Assembly (NCBI GenBank): GCA_944383935.1
Contig: CALWRK010000002.1
Location: forward strand, 1,064-65,063
From: an uncultured Clostridia bacterium
GTDB lineage: Bacteria; Bacillota; Clostridia; Christensenellales; UBA3700
DNA length: 64,000 bases
Direction of reading: 5' to 3'
Position 1 is the stretch's first letter; the number at the start of each line of letters is the position of its first letter. The notes beneath the pieces are model-generated. The model worked only from the letters and a program-made list of their open reading frames with translations. It was not told where the DNA came from and ran no database searches. Positions 54,386-62,667 of this stretch are shown piece after piece. Position numbers and translations under genes: made by a program.

Positions 54386-55864
54386 TTAATCGTTATCGTC
54401 GTTGCGGCTTCTGCGCAAGCGCTCCAAGAATTTGGGCATGGGACGCCTGTCAGTCTGCTCGCGTTCGGGCTGCTGTGTTCCCGCATTCTGCCTGGGTGCA
54501 AAGCCCGACGGAGGATAATTGTTATATCCCTCCCTATACCTGTTGTCGTAACGCTCGCTCCCTCCGGAATAACGATTGTCGTAGTCGGAGGGCTGGCGAG
54601 AAGCGGTGCGTCCGGGCTGGTAACCGCTGTACCCGTTTTCCCTGCCGTAAGAGGAACTGTCCCTCAACGTGCCGCCGTCCCTGCCGTAATCGGCACTCCT
54701 CCCCTGCGAGGAGTAGCCATCCCTTGCCGTATCGGTACGTCTTATATTCGAAAAATCGGGAGTTTTGAAATCGGGCGCGGACGAAGGTCTGGCTTCCTGA
54801 CGAGCAGAAGTACGACTTCCCTGCTCTCTTTCCCGTCCGCCCTTTCCGTTTTCGCGTTCATAGTCGTCCATTCTGCCCACCACGCTGTCGTAGCTGCTCG
54901 TGCCGTCCGATTCGTGAGGCAGATCGTTAAAGCCTGTGGCTATGACGGTGACTTGAACCTTGTTTTTCTGTGTTTCGTCCAGCCCCGCGCCCCATATTAT
55001 GTTGGCGTCGGGATCGGCTATGGATTGCACCAGCTCGCAAGCGTAATTCATCTCGCTCAAAGTCATATCGCTGCCGCCCTGGAAGTTGATTATTACATTT
55101 TTTGCGCCCTCTATGTTGGTTTCAAGCAGAGGGGACGCCACCGCAAGGCGGATTGCCTTAATCGCCTTATCAGGTCCGCTTCCCTCGCCTATGCCCATGT
55201 GGGCTATGCCTTGGTCGCGCATAACGGTACTTACGTCGGCAAAGTCCAAATTGACGTAGGAAGGAGTGGCTATCAAGTCGCTTATGGATTGCACCGCCTG
55301 GCGCAGTACCTCGTCCGCTTCCATAAATGCCTTCAATATAGGCGTATCTGCAGGAAGCACATCGTTCAGCTTTTCATTGGGGATTACCAAAAGAGTATCC
55401 ACGTTTTTCTTGAGTTTTTCCAGTCCTTCTATGGCGTTTATCATGCGCTTCTTCCCTTCGAATTTGAAGGGAGTGGTCACCACAGCCACCGTGAGAATGT
55501 TCTTATTCTTCGCAAGAGAAGCTATCACCGGAGCCGCACCCGTGCCCGTACCGCCGCCCATACCTGCGGTGATAAACAGCATATCCACGTTTTTCAGCTC
55601 GTCTTCTATCTCCTCTCTGGACTCCATTGCAGCCTTTTCGCCCTTTTCCGGACGCGCGCCTGCGCCCAATCCCTGAGTAAGATTGGCTCCTATTTGCAAC
55701 TTAGTGGGGGCAAGGGATGCCATAAGCGCCTGCTTGTCCGTATTCACAGCTACGAACTCCGCGCTCTTAATCCCCGCTCTTACCATTTGATTTACAGCGT
55801 TACAGCCACCGCCGCCTACGCCGAGAACTTTTATCTTTGCCGCTCCCGTCATCAGATCAGCCAT
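54386..55864 (-). CDS. ftsZ: cell division protein FtsZ (long disordered C-terminal linker)
   Basis: [11 protein letters not shown] and [15 protein letters not shown] tubulin signature. 492 aa with a ~170-aa R/S/Y/G/D-rich linker and a terminal [10 protein letters not shown] peptide. Confidence 0.95.
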   Translation of the reverse strand: MADLMTGAAKIKVLGVGGGGCNAVNQMVRAGIKSAEFVAVNTDKQALMASLAPTKLQIGANLTQGLGAGARPEKGEKAAMESREEIEDELKNVDMLFITAGMGGGTGTGAAPVIASLAKNKNILTVAVVTTPFKFEGKKRMINAIEGLEKLKKNVDTLLVIPNEKLNDVLPADTPILKAFMEADEVLRQAVQSISDLIATPSYVNLDFADVSTVMRDQGIAHMGIGEGSGPDKAIKAIRLAVASPLLETNIEGAKNVIINFQGGSDMTLSEMNYACELVQSIADPDANIIWGAGLDETQKNKVQVTVIATGFNDLPHESDGTSSYDSVVGRMDDYERENGKGGREREQGSRTSARQEARPSSAPDFKTPDFSNIRRTDTARDGYSSQGRSADYGRDGGTLRDSSSYGRENGYSGYQPGRTASRQPSDYDNRYSGGSERYDNRYREGYNNYPPSGFAPRQNAGTQQPEREQTDRRPMPKFLERLRRSRNDDND

Positions 55865-55867
55865 GCT

Positions 55868-57019
55868 CTACACCCTCCTGAGTTTGTTAATAAATCGACT
55901 GAAAAGTCCGCTTTCGTTTCTTTTCAGCTGCGCCTGTCTCAATAGAGAGACCAGCGACGAGTATTGCGTTTTATCATATCCCGGCACATTGGGCGCAAGC
56001 GGCGTAATCGCCTTTCCCATACTCTTTGCCAGATATTTTATTGCCCCTTTTATATTAAAAAATGCATCTCCCGTGGCGAATATACGCCGTGTGGACTCCT
56101 CATCTGCCACTTCCGAAAGCGCCTGCGACAATTTCACGGCTTGCTCTCTGAGACTGCTTTTTACTATGTCGTTTATCTCAGAAGCGCGATATTTCAGCAC
56201 CTCTCCGTCCTTTGGTACGCTGTAATAAGTGACTTGCTCGAACTCGTTTGTGAGGTCTATCTGCCCCAGCAGTGACAGCGCGGAATAAAAATCCACATCC
56301 AAACTGTCCGTCAAGTCGGCGGCTACGACCGCCGATCCTCCGGTTACGGAGGTAAGACCTTGCAGCCCCTCTCCCCGCACTCCCGCAAGAGAACACTCCA
56401 AAAAACCGAAGTCCGCAAGCACCTCTCCGCCCGCGCGATAAGAATAATCCATCAACGTCATCGCCTCTGCGTACATTGTGGGGATATACTCCGTATCGGG
56501 GATGCCCAAGGCGGCGGTCAACTTGTCCACCGCGGCAGAAAACCCCGGCTTGCAGGAGATATAGGTGTTATACGTTTCCAGCGTCTTGCCGGAAACTCCG
56601 ACGGGATTGAAGATGACTTCTCCGCCGTCAACGCGATACCCTATGGGGCAATGCTCTATGACATTGCGCGTTTTTTGAATGGCGTCAAGTCCGCGCCTGC
56701 CCGCCTTATCCGCAATACTGCGAGTGATAACGCTGTCTTCGTTTATCGCGGTCATGTCGACTTCCGCATAGAAGTCGCAAAAGGCGGCGGGAACACCCGT
56801 ATAAAGCACGTCGAAACTGCCATGGGAAGGGAGCTTGCTGTATGCCTTTATCACGGCATCTTCCAAAGAGGCTGTGTTCAGCCATTGGCCGTCGAAATAT
56901 CCATCGTAATTTTCGACTGTCATCCCCGCGATATCCACGATTCCCTTGCCCGCGGCAGAGCCGAAAGCCACCGTGACCGTATTCGACCTAATGTCGAGAA
57001 CGCAAATATCTTTTCCCAT
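55868..57019 (-). CDS. ftsA: FtsA-like actin-fold cell division protein (divergent, degenerate nucleotide-binding motifs)
   Basis: Sits between ftsQ and ftsZ and is collinear with FtsA, with a C-terminal amphipathic GLFSRFINKLRRV. Start set at ATG 57019 (MGKDICVLDIRS) because upstream codons of the track ORF form a consensus promoter. Confidence 0.65.
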   Translation of the reverse strand: MGKDICVLDIRSNTVTVAFGSAAGKGIVDIAGMTVENYDGYFDGQWLNTASLEDAVIKAYSKLPSHGSFDVLYTGVPAAFCDFYAEVDMTAINEDSVITRSIADKAGRRGLDAIQKTRNVIEHCPIGYRVDGGEVIFNPVGVSGKTLETYNTYISCKPGFSAAVDKLTAALGIPDTEYIPTMYAEAMTLMDYSYRAGGEVLADFGFLECSLAGVRGEGLQGLTSVTGGSAVVAADLTDSLDVDFYSALSLLGQIDLTNEFEQVTYYSVPKDGEVLKYRASEINDIVKSSLREQAVKLSQALSEVADEESTRRIFATGDAFFNIKGAIKYLAKSMGKAITPLAPNVPGYDKTQYSSLVSLLRQAQLKRNESGLFSRFINKLRRV

Positions 57020-57026
57020 ATTTAAC

Positions 57027-57055
57027 ATTATAATGCAAATATCGTCTGCTGTCAA
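57027..57055 (-). promoter_or_regulatory. perfect-consensus sigma-A promoter abutting the ftsA ATG (leaderless configuration)
   Basis: Minus strand reads TTGACA-gcagacgatatttgcat (17)-TATAAT-gttaaat-ATG. An A/T-rich UP-like tract lies at 57056..57085. Confidence 0.65.
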
Positions 57056-57146
57056 TAATTTCATTAAATATTATAATAAAATAATGCGCGTAACGCGCGC
57101 GAGAACTTTTTCGGCACGCGAATATACATCGAAAAACAAGTCGATT

Positions 57147-57935
57147 TTACAATGGGGAGTTGGGAAAAGGAAATTCGAGCGAATATTTTATCTCCACTCT
57201 TCCCTCGCCGTCGGCGGCGGGATAGAACCAGCCGCGCTCTGCCATTGCGAAGTTTTGATTGAGCATGGCTTCCAGCAGATACCCTTGATATACGGCGGAA
57301 AACATATAGTCCATATCCCCTTCCGCATATATTAGCAGGTGCGCTCCGGTATTGGTAAGCATATCCAGATAGGGGCTGTCCGCATCATAGTAAGTGACGG
57401 ATTGCAGAAAATATGCCAATCTAACGTCTACCAGAAAGTTGGAATCTCCGCCCGCTATTATATCCGAAAGCCACGGAATATCCGCAAACGCTCCCTCCTC
57501 GGCGCCGATGAGAGTGTAGCCGCCTATTTCGATATACTCCCCCTGAGGCACGGCGTCCGCCACGGATAAAATTTTCAATTCCCTGTCCATAAGCGCGAAC
57601 TGCCCTCCCGCGGTAGGAACGGCGATGAACGAAGTGCGCAACATACAGTTTATCGAAACCGTCCCGGGAAAGCTGCGCTCCACCGTGATGACCTTGACGT
57701 TGGGATATGCCGCTTCGACATTGGATCTTACCGCGTTTTCGTCTATGGAAAATATGCTGCCGCCTTTTTTAATGCCGCTTGCCTGTACGATACCTTCGGA
57801 CAGCTCTTCGCTCAAAGTAATATCGGCAGTGGTCACCGTACGCACCTCGCCCACTGCAAAAATACTGCACGCGAGTACCACCGTGACCACCACGACGCAA
57901 AGTACTATTATTAAAATTGCGGCTCTTTTGTTCAT
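57147..57935 (-). CDS. ftsQ: cell division protein FtsQ/DivIB (POTRA)
   Basis: N-terminal TM followed by a POTRA-like EGIVQASGIKKGGSIFSIDENAVRSNVEAAYPNVKVITVERSFPGTV. Confidence 0.8.
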   Translation of the reverse strand: MNKRAAILIIVLCVVVVTVVLACSIFAVGEVRTVTTADITLSEELSEGIVQASGIKKGGSIFSIDENAVRSNVEAAYPNVKVITVERSFPGTVSINCMLRTSFIAVPTAGGQFALMDRELKILSVADAVPQGEYIEIGGYTLIGAEEGAFADIPWLSDIIAGGDSNFLVDVRLAYFLQSVTYYDADSPYLDMLTNTGAHLLIYAEGDMDYMFSAVYQGYLLEAMLNQNFAMAERGWFYPAADGEGRVEIKYSLEFPFPNSPL

Positions 57936-59188
57936 ATCTGTCTGATTATATTCGCTCCCAACCCGCTGAGAATGGGCGCCATATCCTCATATCCCCTATC
58001 TATATGGTAAATTTCTCTCACTTCCGTCCTCCCCTCAGCCGCAAGACCCGCCAGTACCAGGGACGCGCCTCCGCGCAAATCGGTGGCGCTCACCTGTGCT
58101 CCGTGCAGTCCGGGGACCCCCCTGACCACGGCGGTCCTGTCCCGTACGGTGATATCCGCGCCCATCTTGATGAGCTGGGGAACCGTTTTGAAGCGCGTTT
58201 CGAAGATGTTTTCCGCTATCACCGAAGTGCCGCGCGATATCGTTTGAAGCGCCATGATCTGCGTCTGCAAATCGGTGGGGAATCCGGGATAGTACATGGT
58301 ATCTATCCGTTCGAGCGATTTGAGTCTGCCCTTGCTTCTTATCGTTATTTTATCATTCTTACATACTATTTTGCAAGTGGTTTTGGATAATTTCGCTATA
58401 AGCGAAGATATATGTTCGGGAATCACCCCTTCCAGCGTGATATTGCCCCCGCACATGGCGGCGGCTATCATATATGTTCCGGCTATGATTCTGTCGGGAA
58501 TGGGAGTATACGTCACTCCGTGTAACTTCTCAACCCCCTCTATTATTATCATACTGCTCCCCGCCCCAGAAACTCTGGCTCCCATGGCGTTCAGAAAGTT
58601 CTGCAAGTCGGCTATTTCCGGCTCTTTGGCACAGTTTCTAAGCACTGTTACGCCTTTTGTAAAGACGCTTGCCATAATCAAATTTTCCGTCGCGCCCACA
58701 CTGGGCAAATCCAAAAGTATCTGGGCGGAATGGGCGCCGGATGCGTCGCAATCCAGATATCCGCTCTCTTCGTCTATCGTTATGCCCAACTCTCTGAGTC
58801 CGGCAAGGTGTATGTCTATGGGGCGCATTCCTATCTCGCAACCGCCGGGATAGGATATCTTCGCCTTTTTCATGCGCGATAGCATGGGACCCATCAAGAA
58901 TACGGAAGAGCGAAGCTCTTTTGCCAGTACGCAGGGAATCTGACCGCAATACAGATCTTTCGAATCTATAGTTATATTGCCCTCGTCGTCTCTTGTGACG
59001 ACGCAGCCTATGCTGGTCAGGATTTTAAGCATATTTCTTATATCGGAAATTTCGGGACAGTTTTGCAGGGTAACTTTTTCCTGCGTCAATATACTTGCTG
59101 CCAGAAGAGGCAGGACGCTGTTCTTCGCCGCTTTCACCCTAAGGCAGCCTTCCAAGGGTCTGCCGCCCTCTATTATGTATCTGCTCAT
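57932..59188 (-). CDS. murA: UDP-N-acetylglucosamine 1-carboxyvinyltransferase
   Basis: IEGGRPLEG..RVKAAKNSVLPLLAASIL, catalytic Cys in YPGGCEIGMRPID. Start taken at MSRYIIEG with SD GGAGAG. Confidence 0.93.
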   Translation of the reverse strand: MSRYIIEGGRPLEGCLRVKAAKNSVLPLLAASILTQEKVTLQNCPEISDIRNMLKILTSIGCVVTRDDEGNITIDSKDLYCGQIPCVLAKELRSSVFLMGPMLSRMKKAKISYPGGCEIGMRPIDIHLAGLRELGITIDEESGYLDCDASGAHSAQILLDLPSVGATENLIMASVFTKGVTVLRNCAKEPEIADLQNFLNAMGARVSGAGSSMIIIEGVEKLHGVTYTPIPDRIIAGTYMIAAAMCGGNITLEGVIPEHISSLIAKLSKTTCKIVCKNDKITIRSKGRLKSLERIDTMYYPGFPTDLQTQIMALQTISRGTSVIAENIFETRFKTVPQLIKMGADITVRDRTAVVRGVPGLHGAQVSATDLRGGASLVLAGLAAEGRTEVREIYHIDRGYEDMAPILSGLGANIIRQI

Positions 59189-59229
59189 ATTTTCTCTCCA
59201 CACCGTAGCGGCAATAAGCCGTTATGTAT

Positions 59230-60354
59230 TCAATACATTTTATGGTCAAACCCGTTTGTTTGTGATTTTGCCGCTATGCGTTGAAGAATTGCCACCGCGC
59301 AGTTGAACATCAATAAAGACGTGCCTCCCGCGCTCACGAAAGGAAGAGGAAGTCCCGTGGGCGGAATACTCCCCGTTACGACCGCCACGTTCAAAAGAGT
59401 TTGTACGCCTATCACCGCAGTTATCCCCGCCGCAAGATAGCAATCAAATCTGGTCGGCGCGCGCATGGATATGAGCATCCCCCGCCACACGATCATCGCA
59501 AATACCGCAAGAATTACGATGCAGCCGAAAAATCCCAATTCCTCGCCTATTACGGAAAAGATAAAATCGCTCTCCGCAAAAGGCAGAAACATATATTTTT
59601 GTCGGGAATTGAACAGGCCCACTCCGAAGAAACCGCCCGAACCCAGCGCATAGTAGGATTGGATCAGCTGATATCCTTCCCCAAGCGGCGATGACCACGG
59701 ATCCAAAAAGGCGGCTATCCTCTTCAATCTGTACGGTTCGGCGGCTATGAGCGCTATGACCAGCGCGAGCGCCGGCACGCCCAACAAAGCGAAATGCTTT
59801 GCCTTGGCTCCGCCCAAAAAGAGCATGATAACCGTGGTAAGCCCGACGCACATGGTTATGGACATATTCGGTTCCGCCATGATAAGCGCACACGTCGCCC
59901 CGCACGCGATAAGGATGAGCGCCATTGATTTGAATGTAACGCTGCTTTTTTTTGCAAGACAGCCGGAGATGAATATCACTAACGTGAATTTGGCTATATC
60001 CGACGGCTGAAAGGTGGTGAATCCCAAATTTATCCACCTTGTGGCGCCGTAATTTTCCACGCCTACGCCCGGGATAAACACGAGCGCCAAGAGTATGAGT
60101 CCGAGCGCAAATAGGATATGGCGCAGCTTCATATATATCTTCGTGTCCAGTTTGAACACAAAGGGAAATACCGCCGCGGCAAAAGCGAGCGCCGCTGCCT
60201 GCTTTTTCACATAGAAGAACGCATCTCCCGTTTCGTTAAGGGCGGCATAACTGCTTGCGCTGTATTGCATAACCAACCCGAACAGCGCTAAAAATGCCGT
60301 ACCGGCGAGCAGTGCCTTGTCCGGAATTATCTTGCGCCCTACTCTCGTGAGCAT
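59230..60354 (-). CDS. ftsW: SEDS-family peptidoglycan polymerase FtsW/SpoVE
   Basis: 374-aa polytopic protein with FQPSDIAKF, SDFIFSVIGEELGF and PLPFVSAGGTS motifs. Located between murD and murA. Confidence 0.85.
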   Translation of the reverse strand: MLTRVGRKIIPDKALLAGTAFLALFGLVMQYSASSYAALNETGDAFFYVKKQAAALAFAAAVFPFVFKLDTKIYMKLRHILFALGLILLALVFIPGVGVENYGATRWINLGFTTFQPSDIAKFTLVIFISGCLAKKSSVTFKSMALILIACGATCALIMAEPNMSITMCVGLTTVIMLFLGGAKAKHFALLGVPALALVIALIAAEPYRLKRIAAFLDPWSSPLGEGYQLIQSYYALGSGGFFGVGLFNSRQKYMFLPFAESDFIFSVIGEELGFFGCIVILAVFAMIVWRGMLISMRAPTRFDCYLAAGITAVIGVQTLLNVAVVTGSIPPTGLPLPFVSAGGTSLLMFNCAVAILQRIAAKSQTNGFDHKMY

Positions 60355-61655
60355 CCCGCCGCCTTTACGATACAGTCGAACGCCTCCCCGCGCTCTTCGA
60401 AATCAGCATACCTGTCAAAGCTGGAAGTGGAAGGGGAAAACAAGATATTCTCTTCATCTCCCTCCATTGCCCGCATCACTGCGTTGTAGAGTGAGGGAAG
60501 AATCTCAAAGGAAAACGCCCTTTCTTCCGGCAGTGCGTCCTTTATGCTTTGCGCGTTATCTCCCGTGACGATTATCCTCTTTACACACTTGGGAAGAGAG
60601 GAGAAAAACCTCTCGTAGGATATCCCCTTATCGTATCCTCCCATAATCAGTGCCGTGCCGCCTTTCATAGCTCTGCACGCTTTAAGCGTGGAATCTATAT
60701 TCGTGGCTTTACTGTCGTTATATATGCGTTTTCCCCCTACCTGTCCGCAATATTGCATCCTAAACCTGGGTGCGGAGAACTCTTTCAGCGCGGCAGCGAT
60801 CGCCGCGTTGTCTATACCCATCAGTTTCGCCACCGTCACGCAAGCCAAGGCGTTGGCGATATTGTGCTCTCCTTTTATACGCATATCCCGCGTATCGGCT
60901 ATGTATTCGATGTTCTCATCGCAAAAGTATATCTTCCCTCGCTCGACATAGCTTCCCTTGACCTTTTGATTTAGCGAAAAGAAATATACGCGCGACGCCA
61001 CATCTCGTTCAAAAGACCTAACCGTATCGTCGTCATAGTTGAGTATCGCAAAATCGTCCCGCCGCTGGTTGAGAAATATTTTCCGCTTTGCGTCGGTGTA
61101 TTCGGCAAAGGAACCGTGGCGTTCATAGTGGTCGGGAGTTATATTCAGACATACCGCATAGCGGGATCGGAAGCGGGATATGCTCTCCAACTGAAAGCTG
61201 GACAATTCCAACACTACCACTGCGCCCTCTTCCGCGCCATCCGCGGCGGCACTGAAAGACGCCCCGATATTGCCGAGCGCGTAGCTTTTTATCCCCGCTT
61301 TTTCCAAAATGCTCTTCATCAGCAGCGTGACGGTGGTCTTTCCGTTCGTACCCGTGACGGCAATGATATCGCCCTTGCAATAGCGATACCCTAGCTCTAT
61401 TTCGCCTATCACCTCCACGCCGCAAAGACAAGCATAACTCACCATCTTGTCGCTCATGGGTATGCCCGGACTGAGCACGAGCAGATCCACTCCTCTCAGC
61501 GCCTGTTCGGGAGGCATATTGCTCCTATCCTCATAGCCTTCCGCACGCGTACCCGATTTATCGTATACGCATACGCGCCAGCCCTTGCGTCTTAAAAGCC
61601 CCGCGGCGCCGCTGCCGCTGACTCCCATGCCCATTACCAATGCCGTCTTATTCAT
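60339..61655 (-). CDS. murD: UDP-N-acetylmuramoylalanine--D-glutamate ligase
   Basis: 438 aa. VTGTNGKTT P-loop and a Mur ligase C-terminal domain. Confidence 0.92.
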   Translation of the reverse strand: MNKTALVMGMGVSGSGAAGLLRRKGWRVCVYDKSGTRAEGYEDRSNMPPEQALRGVDLLVLSPGIPMSDKMVSYACLCGVEVIGEIELGYRYCKGDIIAVTGTNGKTTVTLLMKSILEKAGIKSYALGNIGASFSAAADGAEEGAVVVLELSSFQLESISRFRSRYAVCLNITPDHYERHGSFAEYTDAKRKIFLNQRRDDFAILNYDDDTVRSFERDVASRVYFFSLNQKVKGSYVERGKIYFCDENIEYIADTRDMRIKGEHNIANALACVTVAKLMGIDNAAIAAALKEFSAPRFRMQYCGQVGGKRIYNDSKATNIDSTLKACRAMKGGTALIMGGYDKGISYERFFSSLPKCVKRIIVTGDNAQSIKDALPEERAFSFEILPSLYNAVMRAMEGDEENILFSPSTSSFDRYADFEERGEAFDCIVKAAGCSRE

Positions 61656-62667
61656 AACTCGCCGCCATGCAGCTTATCAACCCTATTACTCCCGCAACCG
61701 AAGTTATAAGAGTGTAATAGGTGACAATCTTGCTCTCCTTTATGCCTTTATATTCCAGATGATGGTGGAAGGGAGCCATTAGAAATACCCTCCTGCCCTT
61801 TGTCTTATAGACAAGCACCTGCACTATTACGGATATGCAGGATACGATATACATTATTCCGATAAACAGATTGAGAAGAGGAATTTTCAAAAATACCGTG
61901 GCGCAAGCCAGCGCCCCTCCAAGTGCGAGCGACCCGGTATCCCCCATAAATATGCCGGCGGGAGAGGCATTGAGCCAGATGAACGCCATTAACGCTCCCG
62001 CCATGGAAGCGCAGAATATACCTATCGACCTCACCTGTCCGCGATAAAGCACATCCCCTTCCGGCACGACCTCCGTAAGCATATATAGCACGACTGAGGC
62101 GATGACGATAAACCCGGACGCGGAGCACTTTGCCACCAAGCCGTCCAGTCCGTCGGTGAGATTCACCGCATTGGTGATGCCTATGAACAGTATCATGCAA
62201 AAAGGTATAAACGCCCACCCCATATCCCAAACGACGGTGGTGAACGGCAGCTTTATAGAGGTGGAGATATATGAATTTCGGTAACAAAACACGGTGACCA
62301 ATACGGCTATGCCCGCCTGTCCTATTATCTTCTGATATGCTTTAAGCCCCTGATTGTGCTTGTACCGCACCTTTATGAAGTCGTCCAAAAAGCCCAGCAA
62401 TCCGTATGCGGCGGTAACTGAGCAGGCTACGGCGCAAAAGGAGTACTCAACCGCCCCGAACGCCGCCGCGGCAATAGTTGCGGCTATGATGAATATGATC
62501 CCGCCCATGGTGGGCGTACCGCTCTTGCCCGAATGCTTGTCCACATACACAAGTACCGTCTGTCCCGCTTTAAGTTTGCGCATCAGTGCGAGCACGGGAT
62601 AAGCTATTACCGCCGCGACGGCGAACGCCGTCAATGCCGCGGAGGGTATTTCCACGAATATGTTCAT
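61648..62667 (-). CDS. mraY: phospho-N-acetylmuramoyl-pentapeptide transferase
   Basis: 339 aa. KSGTPTMGG, NLTDGLDGL, MGDTGSLALGG and APFHHHLE motifs. Confidence 0.95.
   Translation of the reverse strand: MNIFVEIPSAALTAFAVAAVIAYPVLALMRKLKAGQTVLVYVDKHSGKSGTPTMGGIIFIIAATIAAAAFGAVEYSFCAVACSVTAAYGLLGFLDDFIKVRYKHNQGLKAYQKIIGQAGIAVLVTVFCYRNSYISTSIKLPFTTVVWDMGWAFIPFCMILFIGITNAVNLTDGLDGLVAKCSASGFIVIASVVLYMLTEVVPEGDVLYRGQVRSIGIFCASMAGALMAFIWLNASPAGIFMGDTGSLALGGALACATVFLKIPLLNLFIGIMYIVSCISVIVQVLVYKTKGRRVFLMAPFHHHLEYKGIKESKIVTYYTLITSVAGVIGLISCMAASYE

Noticed and set aside
54914-55945. 343-aa + strand ORF
   Set aside because: It is antisense to ftsZ, which has a clear tubulin signature on the minus strand.
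57020-57064. N-terminal extensions of track ORFs (ftsA 57020..57064, rarA 41548..41583, nrdR 51530..51583, spoIIIAF 13213..13365, spoIIIAE 14397..14519, recN 3623..3682, CGS 49770..49799)
   Set aside because: The extensions begin at TTG/GTG or upstream ATG codons, overlap promoters, terminators or upstream genes, and are not matched by homologue N-termini. Internal ATG codons with an SD, ATGA coupling or an abutting -10 box fit better.
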